Assembly: GCA_030264375.1 (NCBI GenBank)
Contig: JASCQW010000043.1
Location: 58,920,289-58,984,288 of the forward strand
Reading direction: 5' to 3'
DNA: 64,000 bases
Source: Carcharhinus longimanus
Lineage: Eukaryota
Shown here: positions 63,386-64,000 of the stretch, one piece after another
How positions within the stretch are numbered: position 1 is the first letter of the stretch
Layout: each line of letters begins with the position of its first letter
The notes under the pieces: generated by a model
Databases searched by the model: none
What the model was told of the DNA's origin: nothing
What the model saw: only the letters and a program-made list of their open reading frames with translations
Translations under genes and position numbers: made by a program

Positions 63386-64000
63386 TCTCCATGACTCCAT
63401 TCAGAAAACTTTGAACAAGATCTGCATATTAATATAATGAAGCACAAGTGGTTGTCAATATTCTTGTCAAAAGAACATCAAATTATTGAAATGAATGTTC
63501 AGATACTTGGATAAATTATATAGGGTGTTGTAGTAAGGTATCAATGATCACTGATGACAGTTGCTAATTGCACAACCTCTCTATAGAAACAGGCATTACC
63601 AGACAGCATACCATAGAATCATAGGTACGGCTATCAGTAGAAAAGAACACTGAGAACCAGTTCGAAGCTATGCTTCTCAATCCCACAACATGGAGCCTTA
63701 GAGCAATCAATAGCATCATCACTTAACTGCCTGTCTACTCATAGGTTAAAACCTACAAAATTCACATGTCGAATAAAGTGGCTTGATACAGTCATTACCT
63801 TGGCTCTTTAATCAACTTCCATGGTTACAAATCAATTTGGGTTGTGCCTGCATTATTTCAATCCACCAAAACTGAGCTGTAATAATTTAGTTGAAATAAA
63901 ATCCAATGATTTTGTTCTCTCTGATACTCTGATGTGTGTGCATTGTATGTGTGTTCAGTGACAATATATTGTATGTATCTTCTTGTGTTCTTAAGAAATT

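Overview
This is eukaryotic, repeat-dense genomic DNA from a gappy assembly (about 13 N-runs). It is almost certainly from a shark or other elasmobranch, judging by the HE1-type V-SINEs with their CR1/HER1-type partner tails, DeuSINEs, and Penelope repeats. I cannot identify any intact host gene. Nearly all listed ORFs are spurious or are decayed transposon fragments. The recognisable content is: a decayed Harbinger (HARBI1-like) transposase, one near-complete but dead Gypsy element carrying a four-level nested insertion, two further Gypsy remnants, many CR1 fragments, RTE fragments, two Penelope (GIY-YIG family) copies, and several Harbinger-like MITEs. The most interesting observations are (i) minimal hammerhead-ribozyme motifs in the Penelope pseudo-LTRs, (ii) one MITE split precisely by a 7.4-kb block bounded by Penelope sequence, (iii) a templated inverted duplication inside a MITE, and (iv) a CpG-retaining unique segment near 29.7-30.7 kb with candidate exons. 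Family names come from recalled motifs, not from database searches, and most boundaries are approximate.
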